Assembly: GCF_000143415.4 (NCBI RefSeq)
Contig: NW_003314265.1
Span: 16,850-80,849 of the forward strand
DNA length: 64,000 bases
Reading direction: 5' to 3'
Source: Selaginella moellendorffii
Taxonomy: Eukaryota > Plantae > Lycopodiophyta
In this document: piece by piece, positions 1 to 11,413 of the stretch
How positions within the stretch are numbered: position 1 is the first letter of the stretch
How the letters are laid out: every line of letters starts with the position of its first letter
Notes under the pieces: generated by a model
Database searches by the model: none
Seen by the model: the letters and a program-made list of their open reading frames with translations, nothing else
Told to the model about the DNA's origin: nothing
Position numbers and translations under genes: made by a program

Positions 1-480
1 TGGTTCACTAAATTAAATTTTATTTTTGGGTACTGATAAGTACTGATGGTTGAGGAAGATAATCCTAAGACTACTTTTTATACACCATTTTTTTTGTATG
101 AATTCTTGATGATGCCATTTGGTTTGAACAATCTTCAACATCTTTTTAGTGGATGATGGATGAGATTCTCTATGATATGTTAGAGGTGACTATTGACTTC
201 ATTAATGACGTCTTGATCCACCTAAAGGGGATGTGAAAAGAGCACATTCATGATGTTCATAAAGTGTTTAATTGATTATGGGAAATTAGTTTAAAGTTGA
301 AGTGGTCAAAATGCATCTTTGGATCTAAAAATATAACATACCTTGAATACCATATTTCTTGTAAAGATTTATAAATTGATCTTGACAAATTTATAGTTAT
401 TTTAAAGTTCCTTATTCCGAAGTGTGTAAATGATGTGTAACACTTTCTAGCAAAATGCAATATCTTGATTGTTTTGTTGA
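1..480 (+). mobile_element. Degenerate Ty3/Gypsy reverse-transcriptase fragment
   Basis: Frame 1 from base 1 reads WFTKLNFIFGY**VLMVEEDNPKTTFYTPFFLYEFLMMPFGLNN, a decayed form of Gypsy RT FSKLDLxSGYWQV...DxPKTAFxTPxGLYEFxVMPFGLxNAP. It is followed by DFINDVLIH (YxDD-box remnant). Many stops and frameshifts. Confidence 0.85.
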
Positions 481-1674
481 TCATTTTTCTGATCATAAAG
501 TTGAGACTTTTATATATAAAAATAAATGGACCAAATTTAGTCCCAGATAGAATGTTCATATGTTATAGTACTATAATTAACATATTACCTTGGCAAGGTA
601 ATACATGTTTATATGTATATATACTTATAGACCTTAGACCTCCTCCCCTTCGAAAGATGAAAACATAATAATGATAAGTTAGGTGGAACATCAAGAGCTT
701 TTGTTAGGTGATTATAAATTATTACAAGAATCTGAAGTTCTCACCAGATTACGAATAAAAATTATAAGTCATAAATGATTATCATGTTAAGAGAAAGGAA
801 ATACTGCAAATAAGAAAGAATAGTAAGAATATAAAAAGGTGGCTCAGACCAAAAAATAAAAAAAGTTGGGAAAGAGTATAAAGTAAAGAGAAATGATTAA
901 ATGATATATTCAAATATTAACACCTACCTTGTGAGATTTCTAACTTGCTTTCAAAATTATCTTTATAATAACTAAGTTCCTCATCACAATCTAGAATCCA
1001 CTTGAGCTCATATACATCATCTTTTCATAAAATTAATCTGTAAACATTCTCTAAAAATCATATTACATCATCCATAATTTTTCAATTAATATCACAATCA
1101 CACTCCATATATCACTTCAAGCCATTGATGTTACTTTATTAGATTGAGATTTTGATGTTGTGCGGCATAATTCAATTGGTGTTACTCCAATCTATGATTT
1201 ATTGCCATCTTTTGCTTCTCTGGGATGTAATTATACAACTTCTTTTATTCTTAATGTCTTACCATTTCTTATTGACAATGTGATATAGCAAAAGGAAATG
1301 TAGTGAAGATAAAAAAGAAAAATAGATTAGATAGCTAAAATCCTAGATCTAGCAAAAAGTTACAACAAATCTAGCGAAGAAAGGAAAAATGATAAAACAA
1401 AAACATAATATTGAACACTGAACAAAGCACTACCAGAAAATTTTGCCCTCTAAAGATAAATTGCAATGCCTTTCAAAGTGCTTGGGTGGTGTACGGAAGA
1501 ACTTTCGTATAATTCCAGAAGCATGAAGCCTCCTTTATCCCCACCATCACATAACTACTTTTTATATATTTCATTTTAAAACGAAGTCCCTAATGGGTAT
1601 CCGTAACCAATAAGTGACATTGTTTGTGAAGAGAGTCTTCCAAAAGGACTCGAACACACGACAGAGGGTATAGT

Positions 1675-1682
1675 TAGGGTTT
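1675..1682. promoter_or_regulatory. Telo-box (TAGGGTTT/AAACCCTA) just 5' of GUF1
   Basis: Exact motif ending 13 bp before the ATG. The same motif occurs upstream of several housekeeping genes here (26580, 53321, 53921). Confidence 0.5.
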
Positions 1683-1694
1683 ATCATTTTGTGA

Positions 1695-4256
1695 ATGGCA
1701 GCATGGCGGGCGTTGCATCGCCGCTTTGCGCCTACGATCAGGCCAGCAGCATTCGTTTGGAGCGCGCGATGGAGCTCCAATGCAGCCAGTGCCGCCGCCA
1801 AGAACATCGATCTCAGCAAGTTCCCGGTCTCGCTGATCAGGAATTTCTCCATCATCGCACACATTGACCACGGCAAGTCGACCCTCGCGGATCGATTGCT
1901 GGAGCTCACCGGAACGATACAAAAGGGTAAAGGCCAGCCGCAGTATCTCGACAAGCTCCAGGTATGAGAAATCTTTGTGTCAAGCCAGGAAATTCTTTTG
2001 AGTGTGCTAGAATTCTCAGCTTTGTTAATGCTGCAATTTTTTTACTCTATCGCTCCTTGTGGATTCTGATAAATCTTTTTCGTTTCGTTTCTAGGTGGAA
2101 CGGGAACGAGGTATTACTGTGAAAGCACAGACTGCCACCATGTTCTACGACCTCAAGAACGAAGATGATGGTTCTTCCGAGCAGTACCTTTTGAATCTTA
2201 TCGACACACCGGGTCACGTCGACTTTAGCTACGAGGTTTCTCGATCGCTCGCTGCTTGCCAAGGTGTGCTCCTGGTGGTGGACGCGACGCAGGGCATTCA
2301 AGCACAGACAGTGGCCAACTTCTACTTGGCTTTCGAGGCCAACTTGACGATCATTCCTGTGATCAACAAGATCGACCAGGCGACTGCTGATCCAGAGAGA
2401 GTGAAAGCGCAGCTCAAGACCATGTTTGATCTGGAACCCGAGGATGCACTGCTTACCTCTGCAAAGACTGGGCAAGGACTCTCGGAGGTTTTACCGGCGG
2501 TCATCAAACGAATTCCTCCTCCGACTGGTAGATGCCATTTGCCACTGCGAATGCTCATCCTGGATTCTTACTTCGATGAGTACCGGGGTGTCATTTGCAA
2601 TGGTGCCGTGGTGGACGGATCCATCAAGAAAGGTGACAGGATAGCCTCGGTAGCGACTGGTCAGACTTATGACGTTCTCGACACTGGAATTCTACATCCG
2701 GAGCTAACGTCGACTGGAATGCTTCAAACCGGCCAAGTTGGATACTTGATTGCGGGGTTGAAAGCTACGCAAGAAGCACGGGTTGGAGATACTATGCATC
2801 ATGCGAATGTGTCTGTTGAAGCTCTTCCTGGTAAGCATTTCTCTTTTATGCTTCTACAATTAACTTACATCCTTGTTGTTGATACTCAGGTTTCAAGCCT
2901 GCGAAGCATATGGTTTTTGCTGGCATTTATCCGGCTGATGGATCAGATTTCGAAGCTCTGGCTCAAGCCATGGAACGGCTCACATGCAACGATGCTAGTG
3001 TTAGCGCTACCAAAGAAACGAGTGCTGCCTTGGGCATTGGGTTCAGGTATGATGCATGGCAATGCAAAGTTAACGAACACAGACTTTATAAACTATCAGG
3101 TGTGGCTTCCTTGGACTTCTTCACATGGATGTGTTTCATCAGCGGCTAGAGCAGGTTAAAATTTGTGGAGTGTTTGAGTTTTCTGATTTTTTCTTTCTTT
3201 CAGGAATTTGGAGCTCAAGTCATAGCAACAGCTCCAACCGTGCCTTACATTTTTGAGTTTCAAGATGGGAGGTGAGTGAGCTGCATGCGATGCTGTGTTC
3301 TTAACTCCAAGAGTTGCAGCAAACTAAATGTCCAAAATCCAGCGCTCTTACCTTCCCAGCCAGCTCAGAAAATAGTTTCCGCTATGGAACCAGTCGTGGT
3401 TGCGACGATTATTACACCTAGTGAGTAAGCCCGTGCCGCTTGTTCTATGATGAATTCGTCCCGTCACTGAAAGACTGCTTGTTTCAGGCATGTTGGAGCT
3501 CTGATCACTCTTTGTTCAGATCGAAGGGGTGAACAGCTTGAGTTTTCCTACATTGACAGGTAAAGAGTTTGCTCTAGACTTTCAGATCTTTTGATAAACG
3601 ACGTTGCAGCCAGCGGGCATTACTAAAGTATCGGCTTCCCTTGCGTGAAGTGGTCGTCGATTTTTACAGTGTGCTCAAGAGTATCACTTCTGGCTATGCT
3701 TCCTTTGACTACGACGATGACGGGTAAAGCCATATGTTCCTTTTCAATTCACCGTGACATTGCTGCGTGTTGCACAGCTACCAGGAAGCGGACCTTGTGA
3801 AAGTCGACGTGCTGCTCAATGGTCAGGCAGTGGACGCTCTTTCCACCATAGTTCACCAGGCCAAATCCGTGAGAACTGGTCGAGAGATTGTGGACAAGCT
3901 AAAGAAAGTTCTTGACAGGTAAGTCTCATTTTCCAAAGTCTAGATCGATCATACTGACGCCTCAAATCCAGGCAAATGTTCGAGGTAACGATACAGGCAG
4001 CAGTAGGAAGCAAAGTTATAGCTCGAGAATCGTAAGTCACGATCGTTTCAACTCTCTAGCTCTACAATCTCATCTTTTTCTTTTTGTGTACAGGATTTCT
4101 GCTTTGAGGAAGAATGTGTTGGCCAAGTGTTATGGAGGGGACGTAACACGAAAGAGGAAATTACTAGACAAGCAAAAGGAAGGGAAGAAGCGAATGAAAC
4201 GCTTTGGCTCGGTGGACATACCACAAGAGGCATTCCACGACCTCTTAAAGCAGTGA
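1695..4256 (+). CDS. GUF1: Translation factor GUF1/LepA (EF4), probably mitochondrial; multi-exon
   Basis: [54 protein letters not shown], and the LepA C-terminus [19 protein letters not shown]...GKKRMK. Arg/Ala-rich N-terminal presequence; GT-AG introns. Confidence 0.96.
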
Positions 4257-4595
4257 GAGAGCGCGAAACGCCGCCACGTGGCGGCAGGCAGTTGGACCAG
4301 TAAATTTTGAAATTTGTTATCCCGCCGAGTTGCGCGGAGTTAAAAGCGCTGTACGGCGTCCGAGGTAGAATCCACCGGCGATAGGCGGTGGCCGGTGGGC
4401 CAAGGCGGCGGGCGGAAGCTAGAACGGGCGAATATTCCTGGGCTTTCCTGTCTTAGGGGAGGGGGATATTCGCCGGCGTGCAAAGATTTGTGTGCCTGGT
4501 GATGGAGCGCATGCAAGAGCGCCGGCAGGGCGATCGCGGCTAATCGCTTGGCGGCGCGGCGGTGGAGGAGAAGGAGGTGGCCGATCGATCGATCC

Positions 4596-6803
4596 ATGGT
4601 GCTGTACCGGCCGCCCAAGCGTGCTCGCGTGGTGGAGCGCTTCAGCCTGGAGAGATTTGGGAGCGGCGGCTACCCGGCGGATTTCTCAGGGCCATTCCGG
4701 AGCAACGTCCGCGCCTTCTTGAATGAGTTTGGGCAGATGATGGCGGCGCCGATGCCCGGCGTCCAGCGCTGGTGCGTCCCCTTAGTGTCGCAGCGCGGCG
4801 CCGAGCAATCGCTGCTGGTGCTCGAGGAATTGCCGTTCGAGTCGGGCGCTCTCGGCTGCTCCCACTGCCGCATTATCGGTACGTTTCGATCGCGCGCGGT
4901 CGCGAGATCGCTAGCGCGAGAGGGAGAAAGAGAGGATTCTAGAATGAAATTTCGATCGATCGTGGTGTTTCTTTGTTTCTTAGGCTGGAGCCATCACCCG
5001 GTTTGCGGTGCGCGGTACCATTTTATTCTCCACGCTCCTGGAAAGCTGGAAGCTTTGGGAGTGGGCAAGGGACATAAGCTATGCAGTCACTGTGGCAGCG
5101 TCATTGCTTCGTCTATCACAAGGTAACCATGGCTGTGAGAAAAAAACTCTATACAGAGAAGCTAGAAAAGAGGTTGCAGATGTCCAAAGTGTGGGCTAAG
5201 TTCTTCGCGAACTATCGTTTTGGAGAACACGTCCCATCTCCTCCACGGGATCATACACTCGAATGGCTACGGGCATCTCTTGAGAGTCAATGGCTTCGAG
5301 GGAGGATCCTCGTCTCTCTCCGGCCGTGAGATCATGAACTTGTGGGATCGCTTGTGCACCATGATGCGAGCAAGGTATGCTTCACTTTGGTTTTCTTTCG
5401 CTCAACCTTCTCTTGTTTCTTCGTTTTTATCCCAGGAAAGTTAGTGTTCTTGATGCTTCCAAGAAGTTTGGGACCAGCTTTCGATTGCTTCATGCTGTTG
5501 CAAAGGGTCAGCCCTGGTATGGTTTGTGGGGCTATCAGTTTGGGAGGGGAAGCTTTGGCATAACAGATGCTGCGTACAAGAAAGCCGTCAATCAGATTGC
5601 TAGCACTCGGCTCAGCTTTTTCCTGGATTTGGGAGACGAAAGGCTGCGCCGCATCGCTACTTATTATCGGAACGGTCGGACTGGGAACTTGCAAGAGCTC
5701 GTGAGCCATTTCATGGAGCTTCTTCACGCACTCAGCAGCAAGGCGACGGGCTCCAAAGCTACTGTGCCCGCTGGAGTGAATGCTCCTCCGGCTCCGGCTC
5801 CGGCTCCAAACCGTAACTCCCAGCGCTGGTCGGCCAAGAGACTGGACAAAACACTGGACGTCCTCCTGACTGCGCTGCGGCAATTCGGCTTGAACGAGTG
5901 GATGCCGAGGATCAAGCTGCGAGAGCAAGCCCGACTGCACATTGGCGATACGGGCTTGCTTGATCACAGCCTGTGCAGCTTCGTCGGAAAGATTGTGGGT
6001 GATCTGGTCGTGCAAAGACGGCGTGACGAGCAGTTTCGGCAGCTCGAGTACAGGTAAAAGAGCGTCTTACCTTTTCTCGTGCTAATTAATGATCTCTCAG
6101 GCTGGCCAGGATTGAGTCGCCAGAGATCCAAGAGAAAAAGGAAGAGGCAGACGCGCCAGAGTTTTCCAAAGTTCTGGATGATCTAAGGTACTTATACAGC
6201 AAAGTTCTTGCGGGTGGTCTTCTTCCCGAGGACGATCCTCTGGCACAAGCGAGCAGGACAGTCCTGGACACGAAGCACTTCATAAAGGACTACAATGGAA
6301 ACTCCGAGACAGATCCATGCGACGAGCCAGGAGCGGAGGTATTCAGAGTCCAGTGCCGGATGGAATCGGTGGAGCAAGGTGGCGATCAGGGAGGAGCTCC
6401 CAGCGAGCTGGTGGTGCTGCCGGCGAGCGCTACGGTGGGAGATCTCAAGCGAGAGGCGGCCAAGGCGTTCAGGGACGTGTACCCGAGCTTGGGCCAGCTG
6501 CGCGTGACGAGCATCCCGGTCCTGGAGGGCGAGGCGGACGAGAGGCCGCTCAAGCTGGTGAAGATCCAGAGGACGGCGGAGGTGGCGATCAGGGCGACCG
6601 GGATCGACAACAGGTTCTCGGCGGGGAGGTTTGAGAAGGGAGTGGACGACTGGGTGGTGAATTGCCGGTGTGGAGCTCGAGACGACGATGGCGAGCGCAT
6701 GGCGGCGTGCGATTCCTGCGGCGTGTGGAGCCACACGAGGTGTGCGCACATCAGGGATGGCGATGATGTTCCAGAGCAGTTTTTCTGTGGCGGCTGTACA
6801 TAA
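4596..6803 (+). CDS. PHD finger protein of the MS1/MMD1 family, At1g33420-like clade; multi-exon
   Basis: MVLYRPPKRAR start, GPFRSNVRAFL, CSHCRIIG|WSHHPVC, an extra CxxC..CxxC, HLLHGIIHSNGYGHLLRVNG, ARLHIGDTGLLD, and C-terminal PHD VNCRCGARDDDGERMAACDSCGVWSHTRC. Confidence 0.92.
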
Positions 6804-6941
6804 CTTTTCTTTCTTCCTTCGTTATCCCCTTATATCTCATTTGAGAAAATTTAGGGTTTATTATGGTCAATATGTAAACCGTTTTCCCTTACATATCCTT
6901 AATAGTCAAAAGGTCAACGGTCGTAGAATTTAGGGTTTGTC

Positions 6942-8999
6942 ATGGGATATGGTCAACGGTCGAGGGTTTTGAATTTAAGGGCTTTTATGCTTTGTTCCTT
7001 GTGGAGGAGGAGAAGGGCGCCCATGGCGGCAATGGCGGCGCTCTTCTTCAGCAGCGCGCTCTCCAGCACCAGCGCGGTGGCGATGGCGACGGCGGCCCCA
7101 GTGCCGTGGCCGGTCGCGGGGACGGTCCCTCTGGCGGAGCTGCTGCGAAATCTTCCGGCGCTCAAGGAGGTGAGGGTGATGAAGCAGCAGGAGCAGCAGC
7201 AAAGCGAGGCGGAGCTGCGCTGCATCGTGGTGGGAAGCCTGTGCGAGAATGCGCGCGTGTACAAGCAGCCGGCGCTGGGCCTCCTCACGGCGCTGCGAGA
7301 CGAGCGCGATCCCGGATGCACCATCAAGCTCCTGGTGTCGAATTTCACGCTCTCGTCTTCCACCGACGCGGATGCCCGCGCGTGGTTCCCTCGGGGAGCG
7401 GTGGTGAGAATCACGGAGCCGCGGGTTCTTCTCGCTGGAGCAGTGGGAATGGCGATGATGGTCGACAATCCAGCGTCCGTGGAGATCGTGGGCTATGGCG
7501 ATCTGGCCAACGAGGATGCGAATTCTCTGTGGAAGGAAGCCAATGCTGCGTATTCGCGTGGGGAGTACCGGAGAGCGGCGTTTCTCTATGTGGAGTGCGT
7601 GGAGCGTGGATTTCCCGGAGCCTTGCAAGCTTTCTCCCGTAGCAGCGAGGCTTGGCTCCGGCTGGGATTCCACGAGAAGGCCTTTCTCGACGCGAGCAGG
7701 GCTCTGGCTGTGAATCCTTCGCATTTCCAGAGCCTGTTCGTCAAGGGACAAGCTCTGCTCGCCATGCAAGAGTATGCTATGGCGCTCGAGTGCTTGCAAA
7801 ACGCGGGGAAAGTTCTCGCCGCGTCCCCGGACGAACAAGGCATGGCAAGAAAGGTGGCGGAAGCTTGCGAGCGCTGCTCGGCACTACAAGAACAAAGCGT
7901 GACCGGCGCTTACGATCTCTCACAGTTCCTGCTCGGCGGAAGGAATCCAAGCCTCGCTCCAGTGCTCAGCGACTTCGTGGGATCCGTGAGGCTGCAGCTT
8001 GTCCAAGGCAAGGGACGGGGCTTGTTCGCCACCAAGGACCTCAAAGCTGGCGACCTCGTCCTCGTATCGAACTCCATCGCCCGCTCGACCAAAGGCGGCC
8101 TGGAGTTCCACGCGAAGATTGGCCGGGTTTGCGCGGCAAACCGGCGAGTCCTCGCGCAGCTCACGGCCTTCTTTGACGAGAGGGAGATGTTTGGCATGGA
8201 TCTGTTCCTCCCAAACAGCGGCTGGTTCCAGGCACATGACGATCACTCCACGCCAACTTCGTCGTATCGCTACGTCTTCAAGGAGCTGGGAAGCAGGAAT
8301 GGCCTGTGTCCTCTCGCAACCATGATCAACCACTCGTGCCTCCCAAACGTCTCGAGGCATCCGGTGGGAGGAGCTCTCTTCGTGCGAGCTGGGAGGGACA
8401 TCTCCGCCGGGGAGGAGCTCATCACTAGCTACGTGAATCCATTCCAGCCGCTGGCCCAGCGGCGCAAGCAAATGGCCGAGAGGAACTTCAAGTTCGTGTG
8501 CCGCTGCGACCGGTGCAAGCTCGAGGAGAGGATCGAGGCCGAGAAGCCGGGGGTGGCGACGAGATACATCAGCGCTCTGCAAAACCGGGGGGATCCAAGC
8601 GCGGCTCTCATGGAGATGGTGAAGATCTCCGAGGAGCTGGACTCCATGGTGGAAGTCGGCAAGACCAGGGACTGGATAGTTTCCTCGTATCCATACGTCT
8701 ACTGGACTGCCGGCTATCTCTCCCGCGGGAGCAAGGCCGAGAAGGAGGCGAGGCTGGAGAGCGCGGCCGCGGCGTTCCACGAGACTGCCCCGGGGGACTT
8801 GCTCACGCTGCGGAGGATGGTGGAGCTTTGCAGCCCCGGCGGGAGTGACTTTAGCGGCGGCCCCGTGCACTGCAGCCGTGCCATGAGGGAGATCTTGGAG
8901 CGAGAGGCTGTGTCGTGCTTTGGACACCATAACCAAGAGGTGCTGGATGCTGTGATACGTACCCCCGGTGCTACTGCCGCGGGAGATCTCTCGTTCTAG
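6942..8999 (+). CDS. Intronless TPR + SET-domain protein (putative lysine methyltransferase); true start may be 7023
   Basis: 685-aa ORF with TPR-like helices ([37 protein letters not shown]), SET motifs [34 protein letters not shown], and post-[11 protein letters not shown]. Confidence 0.9.
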   Translation: MGYGQRSRVLNLRAFMLCSLWRRRRAPMAAMAALFFSSALSSTSAVAMATAAPVPWPVAGTVPLAELLRNLPALKEVRVMKQQEQQQSEAELRCIVVGSLCENARVYKQPALGLLTALRDERDPGCTIKLLVSNFTLSSSTDADARAWFPRGAVVRITEPRVLLAGAVGMAMMVDNPASVEIVGYGDLANEDANSLWKEANAAYSRGEYRRAAFLYVECVERGFPGALQAFSRSSEAWLRLGFHEKAFLDASRALAVNPSHFQSLFVKGQALLAMQEYAMALECLQNAGKVLAASPDEQGMARKVAEACERCSALQEQSVTGAYDLSQFLLGGRNPSLAPVLSDFVGSVRLQLVQGKGRGLFATKDLKAGDLVLVSNSIARSTKGGLEFHAKIGRVCAANRRVLAQLTAFFDEREMFGMDLFLPNSGWFQAHDDHSTPTSSYRYVFKELGSRNGLCPLATMINHSCLPNVSRHPVGGALFVRAGRDISAGEELITSYVNPFQPLAQRRKQMAERNFKFVCRCDRCKLEERIEAEKPGVATRYISALQNRGDPSAALMEMVKISEELDSMVEVGKTRDWIVSSYPYVYWTAGYLSRGSKAEKEARLESAAAAFHETAPGDLLTLRRMVELCSPGGSDFSGGPVHCSRAMREILEREAVSCFGHHNQEVLDAVIRTPGATAAGDLSF

Positions 9000-10106
9000 A
9001 TTCACAGATGGAGTGTAGCCGCCTAGAACTCCCAGCGGTGCTGCCGGGTGGAGACGCAGTGATTCCTTGACGATGGCTTCGCTGTATGGGAGGTTTGGAA
9101 GATCGGACTCTTGCACTGGGCGAGCTCTGCCTACGACGCTGTCCATCTCGTCTTGAGCCTTGGGCATGACTCGGGGATGGTTTAGGAGCTCTGCCATTGT
9201 CCACTCGAGCGTCACTAGTGAAGTTTCCAACCCGCCACAACCATGTCCTGTGATTGCAACAAGGAAAGAAAGAGGCTTTGACCACGGGCGAGATGGAAGT
9301 TGGTAGAACTTACCAGTGCCAGAATGGAGATGTTTGGCAACTGAGAGATATAAGAATCATATAAGAACGTCGGTGAAGTCTGGAGGGACGAACGCGTCCC
9401 CAGCTTGATCTTTCCTGCGTCGATGCTTGTCGATTTGATCTTCCAACAAGAGCTTCGGGCGAGGCATGAGCTCCGAGTTGATTTTCTTGTAGACTCCAAT
9501 TGAAGATCCAGCCGATCTAGTGCCGGAAGCAGGATTCCAACGTTCAAGTACAAGCTTAGAGCGGCTATGTTCTCCACCACCTCCAGCCCTCGCTCGCTGA
9601 AAAGAATGACGAGGCAAAGCGAATTTGACAAGAGAGTGCTGAAAACCTCTTGCGGGTTAATCGCTTTCCCGGACTGCTGGAAGATGGACGTGACTGTTTG
9701 GTTCATCTCCGACTCGCGGAATCCTGCGCTTTGCCTTGAGCATGTTGTTGCTAAACAGGTGTGTGCTGCAAATCCTCCGAGGATGAGATCGTTCCAGTTG
9801 TGGCTAACGATCCGGACGAACTCGTCGTCGCCGGCTTGCAAACTCGATGAGAACCTGTGCGGCCGTTTCGTTGTCGTTCACCACTACCAACGGGGCCATT
9901 CCGATCTTGAGGTAGATAATCGGCCCATACTTCTTGCTGATCTTTGCAAAGTAGTGGTGGAGTGGCTCCTCGAGGGAGAAGAGCGCTCCGAAAATGGGGA
10001 AAGAGAATGGACCTGGAGGGAGCTCCGACGATCGAATTCTCCCGATGAGAAGGCAGGGTGTGATCCAGCCGATGCCAAGGACGAGCAAGGCCACACCCAA
10101 GTTCAT
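9000..10106 (-). pseudogene. Cytochrome P450 (CYP71-clan-like) pseudogene, frameshifted and 3'-truncated
   Basis: N-terminal TM helix plus LPPGPFSFPIFG...KKYGPIIYLKIG; I-helix [18 protein letters not shown]; K-helix [10 protein letters not shown]. Pieces lie in different frames; no PERF or FxxGxRxCxG heme motif. Confidence 0.85.
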
Positions 10107-10650
10107 CTCGATCGATGGTCTGGATCTACGAGCCGTCGCCATATTATAGAGGTGCAACTGCACTTGCATCCAGAATTCTCCCGGAATCACGCGGCTGGTA
10201 TGGAAAAGTAGAGCAACTGGTAGATTTTTCTTTCTAGGCAAAGATCGTTGAGCAGTTGGAGCAAGACTTGTCGCTGGACGCTGTTTGCCATAAGAAGGTA
10301 TGCTGCCGTCAACCTGCTGCAGCATCGCGATATGTGTTTAAAATGGTTCTTCCTTTTAACTTCTTGTATTTATAATTTATAAACTTTCCTAAACACTTTT
10401 TAGTATATTCTAGTTTATTTTTCTCTTCAAAAAGAATAACTTTCTTTTATCCAAAGCCTCCTAGTGAAGCCAGAAATTTGAGAGAACGGAAAGAAGCGTA
10501 AATTTAGCATCAGCTATGACGAAAGTGGCCGTATTTCTCCCAAATGGAAGTCGAATCAAACGCTGGAGAAGGGATTTTGTGGAGGAAAGCGAATCGCAAA
10601 ATAAAAACTCGTATTGTAATGAGAGCTTTGCATTTTAATATTTTTATTAA

Positions 10651-10723
10651 GGGGTTGTAGCTCAGATGGGAGAGCGCTCGCTTAGCATGCGAGAGGCACT
10701 GGGATCGATACCCAGCATCTCCA
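10651..10723 (+). tRNA. tRNA-Ala (anticodon AGC)
   Basis: GGGGTTGTAGCTCAGATGGGAGAGCGCTCGCTTAGCATGCGAGAGGCACTGGGATCGATACCCAGCATCTCCA folds as a cloverleaf with anticodon stem CTCGC/GCGAG and the G3:U70 Ala identity pair; one acceptor mismatch (U5-U68). Confidence 0.9.
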
Positions 10724-10899
10724 AATATATTTGCCAGGTTTTGACTGATGTTGAGTAACCGTCAAGAGCTTCGGGACTGCGCACCAGCGCTCCAGCCTGA
10801 ATAGAAGATTGTAAAGGTGGAATCGTTGGGCATAGGCTTGGGTCTACACGCGAAAAGTTTGAGAAGAAAGAGGACGCGATCATCATGAAGATATCAAGA

Positions 10900-11120
10900 C
10901 TGTGATCGATATGTACACCCTGGTATTGGAGCTCTTTGACAGGATGAACTCTCGAAGTTTCATTGCTGCTATGCGCTGCTCAAGCCGAGGAGTGGAGGTC
11001 AGTGCCAAGAGGCCACTACAACGCCGAATGTGTTCGTAGGGAATGGTCTCGTGGATCTATCTGAAGCATGCTCGGGTTTTTATATGAACCGATGCCACGA
11101 AAGAACGATGGATCCTTTCT
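10900..11120 (+). pseudogene. Decayed PLS-type PPR gene fragment
   Basis: Broken-frame snippets IDMY, LELFDRM, PNVFVGNGLVDL and MPRKNDGS resemble PPR motifs NVFVGNALVDMY and FDxMPxKNVVSW. Confidence 0.5.
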
Positions 11121-11413
11121 AGGTGATCGAAATGGAGGGCGTCCATTTCCACAAAGCTCCATCATGGCGTGTTACATCATTTATCCTCTCACCCAGATTA
11201 CCTTCCATAGCATGTGGAATTCTAAGGTTGTGAAGCTCTTGATTTTATGCTTGCCCTAACATCCGTTGGATTGAGAAATATCCTCAAGTTTCCTCTCCAA
11301 CCAGTACTTCAATCACTTACGCTTAAATGTATTCCTCCATAGTATTAACAACAAATCGCCTGTGAGATAGTTTTACACAAATAAAAATTGTCTCTCTTCT
11401 CCAAACCGTGCTT

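Noticed and set aside
7920-9230. 436-aa minus-strand ORF that looks like a CYP fusion
   Set aside because: Only the first ~75 aa are CYP-like; the rest is the antisense shadow of the GC-rich SET gene.
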